Shown here: positions 27,934 through 31,770 of the stretch, piece after piece
How positions within the stretch are numbered: the stretch's first letter is position 1
Layout of the letters: every line of letters begins with the position of its first letter
Assembly (NCBI GenBank): GCA_045047305.1
Contig: JASFYO010000018.1
Location: 1 to 31,770, forward strand
Direction: 5' to 3'
Source: Planctomycetota bacterium
Lineage (GTDB): Bacteria; Planctomycetota; UBA1135
DNA length: 31,770 nucleotides
Translations under genes and position numbers: made by a program
The notes under the pieces: generated by a model
Database searches by the model: none
The model's input: only the letters and a program-made list of their open reading frames with translations
Told to the model about the DNA's origin: nothing

Positions 27934-28305
27934 TTGGCCAATAACACCAGCAGAGACAAGTCTCGTGCGCTAGCTGAAAAGCTGGCGCACGAAGCTTTCA
28001 TGTTGAAAGGCGAGAACATCCGCATTTTGAATGTGGGCGAGTTCTTGTACATCACCGATTACTTTTTGATTATCACGACACAAAGTGTGCGTCAGACCAA
28101 AGCGCTTGCCGAAAGTCTGAAGATGATCGCTAAAAAGGACACCGGATCCAAAGGCCACGACGAAGGTGCCGCAACCTCCAACTGGATGTTGGTGGACTTC
28201 GATGACGTGGTGGTGCACATCCTCACCGAGGAAGCACGTGAGTTCTACGACCTCGATGGCCTTTGGGTCGATGCCGAGGAACTAGAGTTCGACCCGGCTG
28301 CTTAA
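27934..28305 (+). CDS. rsfS: Ribosome silencing factor (Iojap/RsfS)
   Basis: KGENIRILNV, TDYFLI, WMLVDFDDVVVHIL and REFYDLDGLW motifs. AAGGA SD before the TTG start. Confidence 0.93.
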   Translation: MANNTSRDKSRALAEKLAHEAFMLKGENIRILNVGEFLYITDYFLIITTQSVRQTKALAESLKMIAKKDTGSKGHDEGAATSNWMLVDFDDVVVHILTEEAREFYDLDGLWVDAEELEFDPAA

Positions 28306-28311
28306 AGCTAT

Positions 28312-29961
28312 ATGAATTTGAAAACGAATAGGCCACCTCTGTTCTGGGTTTGGCTTGGGGCACTGCTTGCTGCCTTTGTCGCTTGGTGGGCGCGCCCCCT
28401 TCTTTTGATTGATGAGACGCGGTACCTGTCGGTCGCTTGGGAAATGTGGCGCACCAGCGAATTTTTGGTGCCGCATATTAATGGAGAAACTTATGCGCAC
28501 AAACCACCCCTTCTTTTTTGGTTCATGCACGCTGGGTGGAGTGTTTTTGGCGTCCAGCTGTGGTGGCCACGGTTGCTTGGATTTTTGTTTTTAACCAGTG
28601 CTGCACTACTCCTAAAGCATTTAGTCGATCTATTGCTTCCCCTCGTTAAGCAGGAAAACGCCGGTACTTTTGCCGCAATCATATTCTTAGGCACCCTTTC
28701 CATCTTTGCGTTCAGCACCATGGTCATGTTTGATCTCTTGCTGCTAAACTGTATTTTGCTGACTTGGCTTGCTTTAATAAACACTCACCTTGGTGGCAGC
28801 GTAGTTAGGGGAGCCCTCTTATTTGGCTTCGGCATTGGCCTCGGCATTCTGGCAAAAGGACCCGTTGTACTTTTATTCGCGCTGCCCCCTGCCTTTGCTG
28901 CTGCACATTGGGCCGCAAATGCACGCAACATCGCTTGGGTTACCTTTCTTGGGGTTTTACTTGGCGCTGGCGTAGCTCTTGCCTGGGCCATACCGGCCGG
29001 TATTGCTGGAGGCGAAGAATACCGCGATGCCATTTTTTGGGGACAGACTGCAGGACGGGTCACTGATTCCTTCGCGCACGCCCGGCCCTGGCACTGGTAC
29101 CTGCCCCTGCTTCCAGCAATGCTTCTCCCGTGGGTGTTGCTACCTAACTTTTGGACGTGGGTCCGGAAAAATCCCGCACCGAACAAAGATCAGTCCTCGC
29201 GTGAGCAAAGATTTCTCCTTTGGGCCAGCATTCCCGCCTTCCTCATTCTTTGTTTCCTGAGTGGAAAGCAGCCGCATTATTTGGTTCCTGTGATTGCTGC
29301 CATCTCCGCTCTTTTCGGTATACAACTCGCAAAAGGCTTATCCAAATCAAATGGCCGCATCAAGGGAATCTCCATAGGACCAAGCGTACTATTCCTCCTA
29401 ACTGGGATTTGCCTCTTAATCCTTCCGCAAGTTGGAGACTCTAACCCTAGACTTGCATGGCTCAGTCAGGATTGGAGCATCGTGCCAGGAGGGCTCATGC
29501 TGCTTGCCGCTGGGCTTTGGCTACTTGCAGCAAAAAGGCAACGTCATCATATATTGCAACTAGGTCTTTTCTGCCCACTCTGGATTAGCCTTCTACACCT
29601 TGGACTCCGGGGGCCCTTACAAGGGAACTATAACTTGGCCCCTCTTTCTCAAAAAATCGCTCAATGGCAAGACGCGGGGCAGGATGTTGCCTTTTCAGGA
29701 GCCATGTACCATGGGCAATTTTCATTTCTTGGGCGCTTAGAGGACCCCCTTGCCAACCCAACCACCCTTAGGCAAATGCTTGATTGGGCAAAAGACAACC
29801 CTACTGAACCCATACTGATTGTCTTGGATAAACATTCACGTAAGGTATTTTCTTCCAAAGCAACCTCCCTGTTGGCTTATGGAACCAAACAAATCGCAGT
29901 ATGGGAAACGGCCTCTGACTTTCAAAAGGCCATTCGGGAAGATTCCAAAGCAAGTGACTAA
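28312..29961 (+). CDS. ArnT-like GT-C fold glycosyltransferase (PMT/GT39-GT83 family)
   Basis: DETRYLSVAWEM, YAHKPPLLFW, LAKGPV, HARPWHWYL and SGKQPHYLVP motifs with many TM segments. Confidence 0.92.
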   Translation: MNLKTNRPPLFWVWLGALLAAFVAWWARPLLLIDETRYLSVAWEMWRTSEFLVPHINGETYAHKPPLLFWFMHAGWSVFGVQLWWPRLLGFLFLTSAALLLKHLVDLLLPLVKQENAGTFAAIIFLGTLSIFAFSTMVMFDLLLLNCILLTWLALINTHLGGSVVRGALLFGFGIGLGILAKGPVVLLFALPPAFAAAHWAANARNIAWVTFLGVLLGAGVALAWAIPAGIAGGEEYRDAIFWGQTAGRVTDSFAHARPWHWYLPLLPAMLLPWVLLPNFWTWVRKNPAPNKDQSSREQRFLLWASIPAFLILCFLSGKQPHYLVPVIAAISALFGIQLAKGLSKSNGRIKGISIGPSVLFLLTGICLLILPQVGDSNPRLAWLSQDWSIVPGGLMLLAAGLWLLAAKRQRHHILQLGLFCPLWISLLHLGLRGPLQGNYNLAPLSQKIAQWQDAGQDVAFSGAMYHGQFSFLGRLEDPLANPTTLRQMLDWAKDNPTEPILIVLDKHSRKVFSSKATSLLAYGTKQIAVWETASDFQKAIREDSKASD

Positions 29962-30942
29962 TTAGGCGGTTGCATGCATGCAACCGTTGTCTTCCACCAA
30001 CACATATTCGGGGATACGAAGCGCCATAAGCGCCGCATTCCGTTCTCCTTGCTCTCCCTTGGCGCGAGCAATATTCCTATATCCCACCGAGTAATCCACG
30101 CAGTAGGCGTTTTGAAGAGGGCCCAAGGCCTCTTCAAAGGGTACATCGTGGAACATGTAAGGCCCCTTCTTCACTGCTCGTTTCTCCGGATCTATAGCTC
30201 TCCAGAAGTGCCCAAAGACCACTGGCACATCTTCTGTGTAAGATTCCCACCAAGCGACTCTTTCAACGTGCCTGACTTTGCCTCCCGCTCGAAATGGAAC
30301 GCTAGTTTCTCTTTCCAATCCCGACGTTAGTGCTGTGACGGGATTTCCATTTTGCCTCACTAAATCTGCTTGGATTGAGTTTCTTTCGAGTTGACTAGAT
30401 CCAATCGCAGTCGTTAAGTCCTTTTCCGTCTCATAAAAAAGGTCCAGGATTGAGCGAGAGTCGTTTCTCAACTCTGCGACCGCAGAAGGGTGCCAACATG
30501 CATGGACCACACGGAGATCAGCGCGTTCCGCGACCAAAGGCAGGGTTTGAAGGAAAAGTAAAATATCTTCTCGAGTCTCATGATCAGCCAACACTTGAGG
30601 GATAACTTTTTCTTCGCCTCCAAGCATTTGCTCACGACCATAAAACCATTCATTTCCAGCACGCTCTTTACCCAAAAGTAAATTTAGCTCGTGATTGCCA
30701 AGCAGGCATTGAGCATTGCCTTGCTGAATTAACTTTTGAACCAATCGAACAACTCCTGGACTGTCTGGTCCTCGGTCCACTAGATCTCCGACGAAAACTA
30801 AGAACCGGTCTTGGGCGTGGTCTCCTTTTTCATCATAACCAAGGTGACCTAATAAATTTTCTAGGGCTTCAAGCTCACCATGCACATCTCCAACTACATC
30901 CAATGGACGATCTCCCGGTAACAGCGCGATGTGGCAATGCAT
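29962..30942 (-). CDS. Metallophosphoesterase (PPP/ApaH-like family)
   Basis: GDVHGE, GDLVDRGPDS, GNHE, VHACWH and FGHFW motifs. Start at ATG 30942 because the longer ORF runs through a terminator and into the porin gene. Confidence 0.92.
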   Translation of the reverse strand: MHCHIALLPGDRPLDVVGDVHGELEALENLLGHLGYDEKGDHAQDRFLVFVGDLVDRGPDSPGVVRLVQKLIQQGNAQCLLGNHELNLLLGKERAGNEWFYGREQMLGGEEKVIPQVLADHETREDILLFLQTLPLVAERADLRVVHACWHPSAVAELRNDSRSILDLFYETEKDLTTAIGSSQLERNSIQADLVRQNGNPVTALTSGLERETSVPFRAGGKVRHVERVAWWESYTEDVPVVFGHFWRAIDPEKRAVKKGPYMFHDVPFEEALGPLQNAYCVDYSVGYRNIARAKGEQGERNAALMALRIPEYVLVEDNGCMHATA

Positions 30943-30980
30943 GACAAGAAAATATAGCGACGCCGAAGAAGTCCCGTAGG

Positions 30981-31018
30981 CAATAAAGAAGACGGGCATC
31001 CAGAAGGATGCCCGTCTT
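30981..31018 (-). terminator. Rho-independent terminator of the porin gene
   Basis: Perfect 13-bp inverted repeat AAGACGGGCATCC-AGAA-GGATGCCCGTCTT (30989-31018) followed on the minus strand by a T-rich tail (CTTTATTG), 18 nt after the stop. Confidence 0.88.
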
Positions 31019-31036
31019 GTATTCGAAGTCCTAAGA

Positions 31037-31770
31037 CTACTCGCCGAAGCCGAGGTCAAGGACAGCCCAGAAGGTGTCCTGATTGTTAAAGGCACCTGCC
31101 TTTGCATCAACCATGGCGTAGCCGAACCAACCTTCTACGTTGCCACCAAAGGTGGTTCCGACAGAAACGTCGATTTCGTCCCATTCAACAGCAGCCTGCT
31201 GAACGTTTGCAACTGCCACGCGGCCGGTCCAACCCTCTGCAGGGCTGAAGCTCAGGCCAACTTGCCAGGTGTCGGTGTCTGGGGACCAGAGGCCACCAGC
31301 GCCAAGACGATCGGAGAAGCCAGCTGCACCGTGGTACTTGGTGGTACCCGTGGTTGCAAACTGGAGGTCCGTGCTCGAAAGAGCAATATCTAGGCCACCA
31401 TTGTCTACACCAGGAATGCTCTCAAGGGCATCGAGGTCAATGGAGGTTTCAAAGTACCATGCGTCGCCTTCGGCGAGACCCTGGTCGTAAGCAGCGTATT
31501 CAGCTTCGTAGCCGAAACCCATGAGCTCACCGGAGAATAGAATACCCAACCAAGTTGCGAATTCTGCACCCGTGTTCTCATTACGAATCCAGTATGGAGC
31601 GATGTGCATTGGGCCCAGTTGCTCAACGTAGTCACAAACCCAATCCAGACTCATCACGTAGACCATGTCGTCTGTGTTGTCGAGGAGGGTGGTTGCGGGA
31701 CCTGGAGGATTCGTGGTTCCTGCGATTGAACCGTAGCCTTTCTCAACACCATTCATCATGGCGAAGTTTA
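31037..31770 (-). CDS. Putative outer-membrane beta-barrel/porin, C-terminal part (5' end outside the window)
   Basis: Frame stays open to the window edge. Alternating amphipathic beta-strands rich in aromatic, Gly and Asp residues (FGYEAEYAAY, WQVGLSF, IDVSVGTTF, FWAVLDLGF). Strong terminator follows. Confidence 0.7.
   Translation of the reverse strand, partial: NFAMMNGVEKGYGSIAGTTNPPGPATTLLDNTDDMVYVMSLDWVCDYVEQLGPMHIAPYWIRNENTGAEFATWLGILFSGELMGFGYEAEYAAYDQGLAEGDAWYFETSIDLDALESIPGVDNGGLDIALSSTDLQFATTGTTKYHGAAGFSDRLGAGGLWSPDTDTWQVGLSFSPAEGWTGRVAVANVQQAAVEWDEIDVSVGTTFGGNVEGWFGYAMVDAKAGAFNNQDTFWAVLDLGFGE

Noticed and set aside
28312..29961. Specific call as lipid A L-Ara4N transferase arnT
   Set aside because: No arnBCADEF genes nearby, so only a family-level assignment is supported.
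30989..31018. Perfect inverted repeat as possible MITE or REP element
   Set aside because: Single copy, just after a stop codon and with a T-rich tail, so a terminator explains it.

Overview
Gene-dense bacterial chromosomal segment with no rRNA, tRNA, CRISPR array or mobile element seen. The gene content (HEAT-repeat and carboxypeptidase-regulatory-like exported proteins, FHA protein, PilGHI-like trio, membrane pyrophosphatase) suggests a Planctomycetota/PVC-like host, which is inference only. The main feature is a tightly coupled 10-gene minus-strand operon (about 15.8-25.5 kb) for anaerobic ring dearomatisation: TetR regulator, class I benzoyl-CoA reductase C, B and two short activase subunits, glutaryl-CoA dehydrogenase, had, oah, dch and an SDR. 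The reductase has Thauera-like gene order but lacks a long BcrA-type subunit, and the dch gene appears to start at a non-canonical ATA. A K+-dependent, probably Na+-pumping pyrophosphatase is transcribed divergently from this operon. At the left end, a sensor kinase with a TPR-like periplasmic region and an OmpR-family regulator are followed by an 11-bp-period TGACA repeat array and a large exported helical/HEAT protein, a candidate uncharacterised signalling module. Seven operon-first genes have a TAnnnT box 7-9 nt before the start codon, pointing to widespread leaderless transcription. A hutH-family gene (missing from the ORF track) and a porin gene are truncated at the window edges.
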